Assembly (NCBI RefSeq): GCF_036507355.1
Contig: NZ_AP027877.1
DNA from: Escherichia coli
GTDB taxonomy: Bacteria > Pseudomonadota > Gammaproteobacteria > Enterobacterales > Enterobacteriaceae
Reading direction: 5' to 3' (one strand)
Length of the DNA: 64,000 nucleotides
Each line of letters starts with the position of its first letter. Within the stretch, counting starts at the first letter, position 1. Of the stretch, positions 47,582 through 59,469 are shown in pieces. The position numbers and the translations under genes are program-made. The notes beneath the pieces are model-generated. The model ran no database searches. It saw nothing but the letters and a program-made list of their open reading frames with translations, and was not told where the DNA came from.

Positions 47582-47755
47582 TTAGCAGGCGCGTATCCTC
47601 GCAGATCTACGCTCACGATGCGACAATTTAATCGGTTCTTCATCGGGTGGTGGGTCAGGCATGGGTTGCGGGCGAGGGATCGGATCGGGCACTGGAACAG
47701 GATCGCCAGGAATCGGTTCAGGGACAGGAATTTGCAAATAAATAAGTGTCGTCAT
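47582..47755 (-). CDS. Small proline-rich ORF (57 aa) immediately upstream of dbpA, unidentified
   Basis: Manual translation: MTTLIYLQIPVPEPIPGDPVPVPDPIPRPQPMPDPPPDEEPIKLSHRERRSARIRAC; GGAGGG Shine-Dalgarno about 5 nt upstream of the ATG; ends 30 nt before the dbpA start. Confidence 0.45.
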   Translation of the reverse strand: MTTLIYLQIPVPEPIPGDPVPVPDPIPRPQPMPDPPPDEEPIKLSHRERRSARIRAC

Positions 47756-47812
47756 ATTTCCCTCCGGTCATTGGGTGGACTCTTAAAGGGTAGACGCTGA
47801 TAAATAACAGGC

Positions 47813-47934
47813 AAAAAAAAGCCGACTCATCAAAGTCGGCGTCGTACGAATCAATTGTGCTATGCAGTAATTCAAAAAAGGAAGTAAGACAATATGGAGC
47901 GCAACGCCCATCGCTTGACGTTGCATTCACCTGC
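47813..47934 (-). ncRNA. fnrS: FnrS small RNA
   Basis: Minus strand reads GCAGGTGAATGCAACGTCAAGCGATGGGCGTTGCGCTCCATATTGTCTTACTTCCTTTTTTGAATTACTGCATAGCACAATTGATTCGTACGACGCCGACTTTGATGAGTCGGCTTTTTTTT, matching FnrS as I recall it, with terminal hairpin and T-run. Confidence 0.8.
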
Positions 47935-47969
47935 AAGAGAGATATTGCCCTGAATGGGTAGAGAGTTTA

Positions 47970-47983
47970 TTGACTTCGCTCAA
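47970..47983. promoter_or_regulatory. FNR-type binding site (TTGAC-N4-CTCAA) centred about 42 bp upstream of fnrS
   Basis: ttgacttcgctcaa palindrome resembling the FNR consensus TTGAT-N4-ATCAA, at the class II activation distance. Confidence 0.6.
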
Positions 47984-48029
47984 ACTTTGCGGCGTTTTTG
48001 TATACAGACAGCCGGAAAAATTGCTTTTG

Positions 48030-49034
<1,005 letters not shown>

Positions 49035-49267
49035 TTATTTTGTAGTCTAGCCTTCTGGCCCTGTTACGCAACATCTCATCACCCCATTACCCTGAAATGA
49101 TTAATAAAATTCTGTCTAAATTGAATACAAAAAGCAAAATGCTTTTCCGTATACAAACCGTGTGAAGTGTTAAATAGCGTCTATCATTATCAGAATTATC
49201 TGATCATATGACGAGGCTTTTTTGCGATCGGATAGCAACAAAAATTGATAAAAATAATGGGATCTCA

Positions 49268-50500
49268 ATGATTACGCACAACTTCAATACCCTGGACTTA
49301 CTCACCAGTCCTGTCTGGATCGTTTCGCCCTTTGAGGAACAGTTAATTTATGCCAATAGCGCGGCGCGACTGTTGATGCAAGACCTCACGTTTAGTCAGC
49401 TACGAACCGGTCCCTATTCCGTCTCCTCACAAAAAGAACTGCCGAAATACCTCTCCGATCTGCAAAACCAACACGATATTATCGAAATCCTCACTGTTCA
49501 GCGTAAAGAAGAGGAAACAGCATTAAGCTGTCGGCTTGTTTTGCGAGAGCTGACAGAAACAGAACCGGTGATTATTTTCGAAGGTATCGAAGCGCCGGCA
49601 ACGCTGGGGTTAAAAGCCAGTCGCTCGGCAAATTATCAGCGCAAAAAACAAGGTTTTTATGCGCGCTTTTTTCTGACTAACTCTGCACCAATGTTGTTGA
49701 TTGACCCGTCACGAGATGGACAAATCGTCGATGCTAACCTCGCCGCGCTCAATTTCTATGGTTATAACCATGAAACGATGTGCCAGAAACATACCTGGGA
49801 AATAAATATGCTCGGGCGTCGCGTCATGCCTATCATGCATGAAATTTCGCATTTACCCGGCGGTCATAAACCTTTGAATTTTGTTCATAAACTGGCGGAT
49901 GGATCTACTCGTCATGTGCAGACCTATGCCGGACCGATTGAAATTTATGGCGACAAGCTCATGTTATGTATTGTGCATGATATTACTGAGCAAAAACGGC
50001 TGGAGGAGCAGCTGGAACATGCTGCTCACCATGACGCGATGACCGGATTACTGAATCGGCGACAGTTTTATCACATTACGGAACCAGGCCAAATGCAGCA
50101 TCTCGCCATCGCTCAGGATTACAGCTTGTTGCTCATCGACACCGATCGTTTTAAACACATTAACGATCTCTATGGGCATTCTAAAGGTGATGAGGTGTTA
50201 TGCGCCCTCGCCCGCACCCTCGAAAGTTGCGCTCGCAAAGGCGATTTGGTGTTTCGTTGGGGAGGCGAAGAGTTTGTCTTATTGCTACCAAGAACCCCAC
50301 TGGATACCGCGCTTTCGCTGGCTGAAACTATCCGCGTAAGCGTGGCAAAAGTGAGTATTTCGGGCTTACCACGCTTTACCGTCAGCATTGGTGTGGCGCA
50401 TCACGAAGGAAATGAAAGCATCGATGAACTGTTTAAACGCGTTGATGATGCTTTGTATCGGGCGAAAAATGATGGACGCAACCGCGTGCTGGCGGCATAA
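49268..50500 (+). CDS. dgcM: PAS-GGDEF diguanylate cyclase
   Basis: About 410-aa ORF from the internal ATG (MITHNFNTLDLLTSPVWIV…) with PAS regions and a GGEEF active site (RWGGEEF). Confidence 0.8.
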   Translation: MITHNFNTLDLLTSPVWIVSPFEEQLIYANSAARLLMQDLTFSQLRTGPYSVSSQKELPKYLSDLQNQHDIIEILTVQRKEEETALSCRLVLRELTETEPVIIFEGIEAPATLGLKASRSANYQRKKQGFYARFFLTNSAPMLLIDPSRDGQIVDANLAALNFYGYNHETMCQKHTWEINMLGRRVMPIMHEISHLPGGHKPLNFVHKLADGSTRHVQTYAGPIEIYGDKLMLCIVHDITEQKRLEEQLEHAAHHDAMTGLLNRRQFYHITEPGQMQHLAIAQDYSLLLIDTDRFKHINDLYGHSKGDEVLCALARTLESCARKGDLVFRWGGEEFVLLLPRTPLDTALSLAETIRVSVAKVSISGLPRFTVSIGVAHHEGNESIDELFKRVDDALYRAKNDGRNRVLAA

Positions 50501-50559
50501 GCCGCGGATGCGTCTCGAGATCAACGACTGCGCTTAGCGTGGCGCTCCCAGTTTTCTTG

Positions 50560-51084
50560 CTACGCCTGCGCCGTTTTACGTAGTGCGACGTAACACGCCC
50601 CGCTGCCGCCATGATGCGGTAGCGCGGTGCAATATGCCTGAACATCATCAAATTCGGTCAGCCAGCGCGCCACATAGCTGCGGACAATATTGGCATGCGA
50701 TTTATCATCCCGCCCTTTACCATGAATAATCAGCACGTTACGCAAACCATCCGCCAGGGCTTGTTGAATAAAACTGAACACCATTTTGCGGCACTCTTCC
50801 ACCGGCTGGCGCAAAAGATTCAGGCTCGCCTGTTGCGGATATTTACCACTGCGCAGCTTATCCAGCACCCCATGTTGCAACCCTTCCCGCCGAAACTCCA
50901 GCGGCTGACTTAGTGGGATGATGTCGAGAAATCCGGTGGTGAGGAAATTATCAAGCTGCAGCGTGTCGATACGCTGCGGCGCACGTTGGTTACGCGTTGG
51001 ATGCCAGTGGACATCGGTAGCACGTTTCAGCGGCTGGACATCTTCCATGGCGTCAAGAAACAGCGATTTGTCGTCAAGGTTCAT
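50560..51084 (-). CDS. smrA: Smr-domain DNA endonuclease
   Basis: 174-aa ORF with a C-terminal Smr-like region (…LIIHGKGR…); synteny next to dgcM. Confidence 0.65.
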   Translation of the reverse strand: MNLDDKSLFLDAMEDVQPLKRATDVHWHPTRNQRAPQRIDTLQLDNFLTTGFLDIIPLSQPLEFRREGLQHGVLDKLRSGKYPQQASLNLLRQPVEECRKMVFSFIQQALADGLRNVLIIHGKGRDDKSHANIVRSYVARWLTEFDDVQAYCTALPHHGGSGACYVALRKTAQA

Positions 51085-51278
51085 GTAACCTCCTATGCAC
51101 CTTCACACGTCGTGATTCAGACGGGTTAATTGTTCATACTTACTGCATCGTTCCCTTCACAGATTGAAACAATACTCTACTTCATACCTGTGAGTATCTG
51201 CGCAGGCGGGGCATTTTATACTAGCCTGTTAGCAGTATCGAACAGTTTAGCCCGAGTTTAATTCAGCACAGGCTCCGA

Positions 51279-52792
51279 TCAGGATGATTTATTCATAGCA
51301 GGAACCAACAAAAATGCGATAAATAACAGACCACTGATTAGCAGAAAGGTATCCGAAAATGCCATAGTTTGCGCCTCCCTCAGCATCAATTGACTCAATA
51401 ATTTGGTTGAAGCCAGTATTTCCGATGTCTGGTCACTTCCACTGCGATTAAAAAATAAAGCACTTCTGGAAATGAAGTCATTCACCGTATGGGGAACAGA
51501 AACCATTTTTTCACCCATTCTCGAAAAATGAAAATTAGTTCGATTATTGAGAATAGAGCCACACAGGGCAATACCGATCGCGCCCCCAAGATTACGTGTT
51601 AAATTAAATACACCAGAGGCTAACTTCAGCCGTTCTTTTGGAATTCCCCCCAGCGTTAATGTTACGATGGGGGCCATCGCAAACTGCTGCGAAATCCCTC
51701 TAATTGCCTGTGGAAACAGTAACTCCTGCCATCCCCATTCGTGGGTTATAGGGGTAAAAAGATACATTGAAAACACAAATCCGCCCAGCCCCGCCATCAA
51801 CAGCCATCGCAGATTTATTTTTTTACTTAACCAGAAGTAAAAGGGAACAGAAAATAACTGGAAAATACCTGTTGTGCAAACGGCAAAACCTATCTCTTCG
51901 GCATTTAATCCGCGAATCTGCCCCAAAAACACAGGTATTAAATATACAGTAGAGAATATCCCAACTCCTCCAGAAAAAGAAAAAAACATCCCAGAGTGAA
52001 ATTTTTATCCTTAAAAGCATGAAGATCCATTATCGGATTGGATATTGTAAGTGTACGCGCAGCAAATAAAATAAAACTCACCAATGCCAGAACTGATGTC
52101 AGCAAAATAGTATTATCATCCAGCCATCCCCAGCGCGCTCCTTCTTCAAGGGTATATTCCAGACATCCCAGTGTCATGGCCAACAGGATAATACTCGGAT
52201 AATCAGCAACTTTCAGTAAAGAGAGATCAGGTTTATCAAAATTAACCAGAAAAGGAATACTCAAAACTAAATATATGCCAGGTAATATATTGATATAAAA
52301 TAGCCATCGCCAGTCGAGGTTATCAGTGATCCAGCCCCCCAGAGTTGGCCCTAGCGTCGGTGACAGTGAGGCCAGCGCACTGACTACCGCAGCAGCCAAC
52401 CCCAACTCTTTACCCTGGTAATAAATAAACGCCGTCGTGAAAACTAAAGGGATCATGGATGCGCCAGCAGCTCCCTGTAAAGCACGAAACAAAATCATGA
52501 TCTGAATATTCCATGCAAGTCCACACGCGATACTCATTAAAGTAAATATTCCCGCGGATAGAGTAAAAAGCCAACGAGTGGAAAATACCCGTGACAGCCA
52601 CCCAGAGAGCGGAATAACAATAATCTCAGCAATTAAATAGCTGGTCTGAAGCCAGGCCATTTCGTCTTTACCTGCGGACAGACCACCACCTATTTCATTT
52701 AGGGATGACGATACAATTTGAATATCAAGCTGAGCAATAAATAATCCCATACACATACTGGCGAAAGCAATATGTTTACGCATAGACATCAT
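51279..52792 (-). pseudogene. EmrB/QacA-family MFS efflux transporter, disrupted by a frameshift
   Basis: Two ORFs in different frames (51938..52792 N-terminal half, 51279..51989 C-terminal half) overlapping by about 50 nt; both multi-TM MFS-like. Confidence 0.65.
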
Positions 52793-53820
52793 CTCTCATC
52801 AACACTGACGGTGACGGACAGTCCCGGGCGAAGAAGTTGCTTTAATTCCTTTGCGTCGTCAAATGCAATCCGTACCGGGACACGCTGAACAATTTTGGTG
52901 AAATTGCCAGTGGCATTTTCTATCGGAATCAAGCTGAAACTGGCTCCTGTCGCTGGGGAAAGGCTTTCAATGTGACCGTGAAACACTTCCCCTTTGAGAA
53001 TATCAGCACGGATCTCAGCCTTCATTCCTGGCTTCATTCCCGCTATTTGGTTTTCTTTATAATTTGCATCAACCCACAACTCACTGACTGGTACTAGTGA
53101 AACTAACGATGTGCCGCCTTCCACCCAACTGCCTGTATGGGCGCTGCGGTTTGCGACAATGCCATCAATCGGCGCACGAACAAGGGTATATTCCAGATCC
53201 AGTAGTGCCTGAGTCAAAGCGGCCTGAACTTCTTCGATACTCGCACGTACGTTTTCTTCCTGAGCAGATAAAACTGCCAGCCGTTGCTTCTCCACCAGGA
53301 AATCGTTCGCGGCTTTGCGCTCCTTTGCTGCGACCTGCTGGTAGTCAAACCTGGCGTTATCAATAATTTGTTGCGATATTGCCGCTGATTGTGCGAGTTT
53401 TTCATAACGTTCAGTATCTCGCAGGCGCTTTTGCTCCTCATGTTTTACTGCCTGCCATGTTTCACTGGCACTTTGAATTATCGACTGCTGCATCGCAATA
53501 GTGGCTTGAATGCTTTCGAGATTGGCTTTGCTACTTTTTATTTTTGCCTCAAGCCTGGCGACATTTGCACGATAATCCCGATCATCGAGACGCAGGATAA
53601 TATCGCCTTTTTTTACGCTCTGATTATCGCGCACCTCTATAGCAGAAATATAACCAGAAACTTTACTTGCCACCGTGGTGATATTACCACCAATGTAAGC
53701 ATCATCCGTCGTCTGTATAAATCTTCCTTTGCTTACCCACCAGATAAAAAAGACAACGCCAGTCAAAAGAATACCGATCGCTACCACCCCAATAAGCTGT
53801 TTTTTAGAAATTATCATCAC
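52789..53820 (-). CDS. HlyD/EmrA-family membrane fusion protein
   Basis: 343-aa ORF with N-terminal TM anchor, long coiled-coil region and a C-terminal beta domain; stop overlaps the MFS start. Confidence 0.75.
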   Translation of the reverse strand: MMIISKKQLIGVVAIGILLTGVVFFIWWVSKGRFIQTTDDAYIGGNITTVASKVSGYISAIEVRDNQSVKKGDIILRLDDRDYRANVARLEAKIKSSKANLESIQATIAMQQSIIQSASETWQAVKHEEQKRLRDTERYEKLAQSAAISQQIIDNARFDYQQVAAKERKAANDFLVEKQRLAVLSAQEENVRASIEEVQAALTQALLDLEYTLVRAPIDGIVANRSAHTGSWVEGGTSLVSLVPVSELWVDANYKENQIAGMKPGMKAEIRADILKGEVFHGHIESLSPATGASFSLIPIENATGNFTKIVQRVPVRIAFDDAKELKQLLRPGLSVTVSVDER

Positions 53821-53913
53821 TCTTTACACCGTATATATCCGGAAACTTGCATACGTCATATTTAAAATTTAACATGGCTTATTTGATGATTTCTGACAAA
53901 ATACCTACTGTAA

Positions 53914-54729
53914 ATGACAATTACACTGCAACCCAAAGCATCACCAGGGCATCACATTATCGGACTGGATTCGGAACATCTGAATGGAGGTACAGTTCCC
54001 TGGCATAAACATCTCTATGCCCAGTTGCTTTACCCGGCTGAAGGAGTCGTTCGTGTATGGGCTGGAGAAAGCGTCTGGCTAGTCCATGCCAGCAGCGCGC
54101 TTTGGCTGCCCCCACAAATGCCGCATAAGTTTGTTGCGACAGGCAACGTACTTTTAAAAACCGTACTGGTTTCAGAAGCGGAAAGTGAAACGCTGGGAAC
54201 AGTTTGCTTCATGACGGGTATTTCACCCCTGTTAAGGGAATTACTAATTGCAATTAACCAACTTCCACCGTCGCAAAGTACCACAGATAAACAACAGTTA
54301 CGTTTTTCAGCCCTCGAGACACTGATACTTCAGGAAATAAAAATGGGGGTGAAAATGTCACTTGAACTCCCTTGGCCAAATGATGAGCGGCTACAGCAGC
54401 TTTGTGAGAATTTGCTAAACAACCAAGGGTATCTGCCAACACTGGATAATCTAGCGGATAAAATTAACGTCAGTAGCCGTACACTCATGCGCTTATTTGT
54501 TAAAGAGACGGGATTAACATTTCGCCACTGGGTTCAGCAAATGCACGTTATATCTGCAGTGACGCTTCTTGATGATGGATATTCGTTGACCAAAATTGCC
54601 CATCGTCTGGGCTATGCCTCAGCTGAATCGTTCGGCAATATGTTTAAGCGTCGAACGGGTTACTCGCCCGGTAAATTTACTCGTCGATTAACGATGCATG
54701 ATTATGCAATCACAAGACAAATGATTTAA
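53914..54729 (+). CDS. AraC-family transcriptional regulator (cupin N-domain plus HTH), divergent from the efflux genes
   Basis: 271-aa ORF with a C-terminal AraC-type HTH (…LTKIAHRLGYASAESFGNMFKRRTGYSPGKF…). Confidence 0.75.
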   Translation: MTITLQPKASPGHHIIGLDSEHLNGGTVPWHKHLYAQLLYPAEGVVRVWAGESVWLVHASSALWLPPQMPHKFVATGNVLLKTVLVSEAESETLGTVCFMTGISPLLRELLIAINQLPPSQSTTDKQQLRFSALETLILQEIKMGVKMSLELPWPNDERLQQLCENLLNNQGYLPTLDNLADKINVSSRTLMRLFVKETGLTFRHWVQQMHVISAVTLLDDGYSLTKIAHRLGYASAESFGNMFKRRTGYSPGKFTRRLTMHDYAITRQMI

Positions 54730-54799
54730 CTTATATTTTCGTGAAATCTGTCACTGAAGAAAATTGGCAACGGATGGGTAAAACCGTTATAACACTGTC

Positions 54800-54894
54800 A
54801 CCGGTCACCAGGACCCCAGGCCGGATTTAAGACGAGGATGCACTGCTGTGTGTACTGTAGAGTCTGGCGGATGTCGACAGGCTCTATTTTTTTA
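54800..54894 (+). ncRNA. mcaS: McaS (IsrA)-like small RNA, variant sequence
   Basis: …GGATTTAAGACGAGGATGCACTGCTGTGTGTACTGTAGAGTCTGGCGGATGTCGACAGGCTCTATTTTTTTAT closely matches McaS as I recall it; the 5' about 25 nt differ but still form a stem. Confidence 0.6.
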
Positions 54895-55272
54895 TTCATT
54901 TTTTAGCTCTGTAAATAACCACATTCTCGCCGGGATTGGGGAATGAGTGACGAGATCAGTGGTGTCTGGCGGCTATCACGCCACAGAATCAAATAACAGA
55001 TAGCCTACGGTAAAATTTCGCTGACTGGAATTATCCCACCCTCGATCCATGTGATGGCTTGCCCTCATTTCTTCAGGCAGAAAAATCAAAAAATCGCTTT
55101 ATGCTATCAAACTGCGACAAACCAGACGCGAAACTGGGTACTTACTATTCGTTAGTCTTGCCCTATCCACTTATCTTTTTGGTGGTATGGCTGCTGATGT
55201 TGCTGGCGTGGTATCTTGTCGGTCTGCCGATAGGTCCGGGTATTTACCCACGTTTGTCTTAAGAGAGAACGG

Positions 55273-55788
55273 ATGCTGAGATTACTTGAAGAAAAAATTG
55301 CCACGCCACTGGGTCCACTGTGGGTGATTTGCGATGAGCAATTTCGCCTGCGGGCGGTTGAATGGGAAGAGTACAGCGAACGCATGGTGCAGCTGCTGGA
55401 CATCCATTATCGCAAAGAAGGCTATGAGCGCATTTCTGCCACCAACCCAGGTGGTTTAAGCGACAAGCTTCGTGAATATTTTGCCGGTAATCTTAGCATT
55501 ATTGATACGCTTCCCACTGCCACGGGGGGGACGCCATTTCAGCGCGAAGTCTGGAAAACACTGCGCACTATCCCCTGCGGGCAGGTAATGCATTACGGCC
55601 AACTGGCTGAACAATTGGGCCGCCCTGGCGCGGCGCGTGCCGTTGGTGCGGCAAACGGATCGAATCCCATCAGCATCGTCGTACCTTGCCATCGGGTTAT
55701 TGGCCGAAACGGCACCATGACCGGATATGCAGGCGGAGTTCAGCGAAAAGAGTGGTTATTGCGCCACGAAGGTTATCTTTTGCTGTAA
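55273..55788 (+). CDS. ogt: Methylated-DNA--protein-cysteine methyltransferase
   Basis: 171-aa ORF with the active site PCHRV. Confidence 0.9.
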
Positions 55789-55982
55789 ACATTAAACAAT
55801 TTGTGCCAGCTTGTTCACACTTTTATGTAAAGTTACCCTTAACAACTTAAGGGTTTTCAAATAGATAGACATATATTTACATCTAATATCGGAATTCTCT
55901 GCTGTTAAGGTTTGCTTAGACTTACTTGCTCCCTAAAAAGATGTTAAAATTGACAAATATCAATTACGGCTTGAGCAGACCT

Positions 55983-56735
55983 ATGATCCCGGAAAAGCGA
56001 ATTATACGGCGCATTCAGTCTGGCGGTTGTGCTATCCATTGCCAGGATTGCAGCATCAGCCAGCTTTGCATCCCGTTCACACTCAACGAACATGAGCTTG
56101 ATCAGCTTGATAATATCATTGAGCGGAAGAAGCCTATTCAGAAAGGCCAGACGCTGTTTAAGGCTGGTGATGAACTTAAATCGCTTTATGCCATCCGCTC
56201 CGGTACGATTAAAAGTTATACCATCACTGAGCAAGGCGACGAGCAAATCACTGGTTTTCATTTAGCAGGTGACCTGGTGGGATTTGATGCCATCGGCAGC
56301 GGTCATCACCCGAGCTTCGCGCAGGCGCTGGAAACCTCGATGGTATGTGAAATCCCGTTCGAAACGCTGGACGATTTGTCCGGTAAAATGCCGAATCTGC
56401 GTCAGCAGATGATGCGTCTGATGAGCGGTGAAATCAAAGGCGATCAGGACATGATCCTGCTGTTGTCGAAGAAAAATGCCGAGGAACGTCTGGCTGCATT
56501 CATCTACAACCTGTCCCGTCGTTTTGCCCAACGCGGCTTCTCCCCTCGTGAATTCCGCCTGACGATGACTCGTGGCGATATCGGTAACTATCTGGGCCTG
56601 ACGGTAGAAACCATCAGCCGTCTGCTGGGTCGCTTCCAGAAAAGCGGCATGCTGGCAGTCAAAGGTAAATACATCACCATCGAAAATAACGATGCGCTGG
56701 CCCAGCTTGCTGGTCATACGCGTAACGTTGCCTGA
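55983..56735 (+). CDS. fnr: Anaerobic global regulator FNR (CRP/FNR family)
   Basis: 250-aa ORF from the internal ATG with the N-terminal Cys cluster (…[16 protein letters not shown]…) and C-terminal HTH. Confidence 0.9.
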
Positions 56736-56886
56736 TTTTTCCGCATAACTCACTATCCTTCTGTCATATCATTAAATTTTTCTGATTTATTGATCTGGCA
56801 GAAGGTTCATCACTGTTTCATTCACCAGATATGGGTTAATCTTTTAATTACAAACTGCGTTGACAGTTGTTGTAAGGAGACCCTGT

Positions 56887-57837
56887 ATGGCTATGTATCA
56901 GAACATGCTCGTTGTTATCGATCCTAACCAGGACGACCAACCAGCATTGCGGCGAGCTGTTTATTTACATCAACGGATTGGTGGCAAAATTAAAGCCTTT
57001 TTGCCGATCTATGACTTCTCATACGAAATGACCACCCTGCTCTCCCCGGACGAACGTACCGCTATGCGTCAGGGCGTCATCAGCCAGCGTACAGCCTGGA
57101 TCCACGAGCAGGCAAAATATTATCTCAATGCTGGCGTTCCCATTGAAATTAAAGTGGTCTGGCATAACCGTCCTTTCGAAGCCATCATTCAGGAAGTGAT
57201 CAGCGGCGGGCACGATTTGGTGCTAAAAATGGCGCACCAACATGACCGTCTGGAAGCGGTGATTTTTACGCCAACGGACTGGCATCTGTTACGCAAATGC
57301 CCAAGCCCGGTGTGGATGGTGAAAGACCAGCCGTGGCCGGAAGGAGGTAAGGCGCTGGTGGCGGTGAATCTCGCCAGTGAAGAGCCGTATCATAATGCGC
57401 TCAATGAAAAACTGGTCAAAGAGACGATCGAACTGGCAGAACAAGTCAACCATACCGAAGTTCATCTGGTTGGCGCTTACCCAGTAACGCCAATTAATAT
57501 CGCGATTGAACTGCCGGAATTTGATCCGAGCGTTTATAACGATGCCATTCGTGGGCAACATTTGCTGGCAATGAAAGCTCTGCGGCAGAAATTCGGCATT
57601 AATGAAAACATGACGCACGTAGAAAAAGGTCTGCCAGAAGAGGTGATTCCTGATTTGGCGGAGCACTTACAGGCGGGGATTGTGGTTCTGGGTACGGTAG
57701 GACGCACCGGTATTTCAGCAGCATTCCTCGGCAACACGGCGGAACAGGTGATTGATCATCTTCGCTGCGATCTGTTGGTCATTAAACCTGACCAGTATCA
57801 GACACCCGTTGAACTGGATGACGAAGAAGACGATTAA
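56887..57837 (+). CDS. uspE: Tandem-domain universal stress protein E
   Basis: About 316-aa ORF from the internal ATG ([15 protein letters not shown]…), two Usp domains. Confidence 0.85.
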   Translation: MAMYQNMLVVIDPNQDDQPALRRAVYLHQRIGGKIKAFLPIYDFSYEMTTLLSPDERTAMRQGVISQRTAWIHEQAKYYLNAGVPIEIKVVWHNRPFEAIIQEVISGGHDLVLKMAHQHDRLEAVIFTPTDWHLLRKCPSPVWMVKDQPWPEGGKALVAVNLASEEPYHNALNEKLVKETIELAEQVNHTEVHLVGAYPVTPINIAIELPEFDPSVYNDAIRGQHLLAMKALRQKFGINENMTHVEKGLPEEVIPDLAEHLQAGIVVLGTVGRTGISAAFLGNTAEQVIDHLRCDLLVIKPDQYQTPVELDDEEDD

Positions 57838-57886
57838 CGACTCTTCAATAACTGACAAGGCCCGAGTTATCGGGCCTATTTTTTAC

Positions 57887-58144
57887 TTACTGCTCTTCGC
57901 CGCCAAGGAAATAAATTCCCAACGGGATTGCCAGCAACACAGTAAAGACCAGGCTATAAACAAAAATCATCGATGACTGAATCACATACATTGATGTCGT
58001 CCACTCAGACAGCGGAATATTGTACTGTTCTATAACGCCGCCGATAGTCGCGCGAGTCACAACCGACGCCGCAATAATGAAAACCGCCAACAAACCAAAG
58101 AGAAATTTCTTCCCTTTCGCTGACTTCAGTTTCGCCATAATCAT
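57887..58144 (-). CDS. ynaJ: Small inner-membrane protein (DUF2534)
   Basis: 85-aa two-TM ORF; synteny between uspE and ynaI. Confidence 0.7.
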   Translation of the reverse strand: MIMAKLKSAKGKKFLFGLLAVFIIAASVVTRATIGGVIEQYNIPLSEWTTSMYVIQSSMIFVYSLVFTVLLAIPLGIYFLGGEEQ

Positions 58145-58387
58145 GATGTAATCCTTGTGCAGACAAATTTCTTGTTACCTAAACGTAACAATACCATGAC
58201 ATTTCACCGTTGTCTGCTCTGAAAACCTCACCTCTTAGCTGGATTTACAATCAACGCATTGATTAGTTAGCTAATGTTGCTACTTCCTTCCCTGACTATT
58301 GATGATCTGAATGAATTGTCGCGGTAAAATAGCCCCGCCAGGGGTTTCCGGCATGACGACAATTATCTGGAGGAGCCTGATAAAACA

Positions 58388-59419
58388 ATGATCGCTGAAC
58401 TGTTTACAAATAATGCGCTTAATCTGGTCATTATTTTCGGTAGCTGCGCAGCATTGATTCTGATGAGCTTTTGGTTTCGCCGCGGAAATCGTAAAAGAAA
58501 AGGTTTTTTATTCCATGCGGTGCAATTTTTAATCTACACCATAATTATCAGTGCTGTTGGTAGCATTATTAATTATGTTATAGAAAACTATAAACTCAAA
58601 TTTATCACCCCAGGCGTTATCGATTTTATCTGTACGTCCCTGATTGCGGTTATTCTGACGATTAAGCTATTTTTGCTGATTAATCAGTTTGAAAAACAGC
58701 AGATTAAAAAAGGTCGCGATATCACCAGTGCGCGGATTATGTCGCGCATTATCAAAATCACCATTATTGTGGTGCTTGTTCTGCTTTATGGCGAACATTT
58801 TGGCATGAGCCTTTCTGGCTTGCTGACCTTTGGTGGTATTGGTGGTCTGGCTGTCGGTATGGCCGGTAAAGATATTCTGAGTAATTTCTTTTCCGGGATC
58901 ATGCTCTATTTCGACCGTCCTTTCAGTATTGGCGACTGGATCCGTTCACCGGACAGAAATATCGAAGGTACAGTAGCGGAAATTGGCTGGCGAATTACCA
59001 AAATTACGACCTTTGATAATCGTCCATTGTACGTACCGAACTCGCTGTTTTCGTCGATCAGCGTAGAAAACCCAGGACGAATGACCAACCGCCGCATTAC
59101 CACGACCATTGGTTTACGTTATGAGGATGCGGCAAAAGTGGGCGTTATTGTCGAAGCCGTACGTGAGATGCTGAAAAATCACCCGGCCATCGACCAGCGA
59201 CAAACCTTACTGGTTTATTTCAACCAGTTTGCTGACTCGTCATTGAATATTATGGTTTATTGCTTTACCAAAACCACGGTATGGGCTGAGTGGCTTGCTG
59301 CACAGCAAGACGTTTATTTGAAGATTATCGATATTGTACAGTCACACGGCGCGGACTTTGCCTTCCCCAGCCAGACGCTGTATATGGATAACATTACACC
59401 GCCGGAACAGGGTCGCTAA
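58388..59419 (+). CDS. ynaI: MscS-family mechanosensitive channel
   Basis: 343-aa ORF with N-terminal TM helices and the MscS pore/beta-domain region. Confidence 0.8.
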
Positions 59420-59469
59420 ATCAGACATCACTGGCGTTATCCACAAGGGTAACGCCAGTTCCCATCACA

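Noticed and set aside
47564-47936. Track ORFs 47564..47800 (+) and 47718..47936 (-)
   Set aside because: The plus ORF is antisense to the proline-rich ORF and lacks an RBS; the minus ORF overlaps the fnrS RNA and is in a different frame from the supported small ORF.
55059-55262. 67-aa hydrophobic ORF between the McaS-like RNA and ogt
   Set aside because: No convincing Shine-Dalgarno at either candidate start and no recognisable family; could still be a genuine small membrane protein, but the evidence is insufficient.
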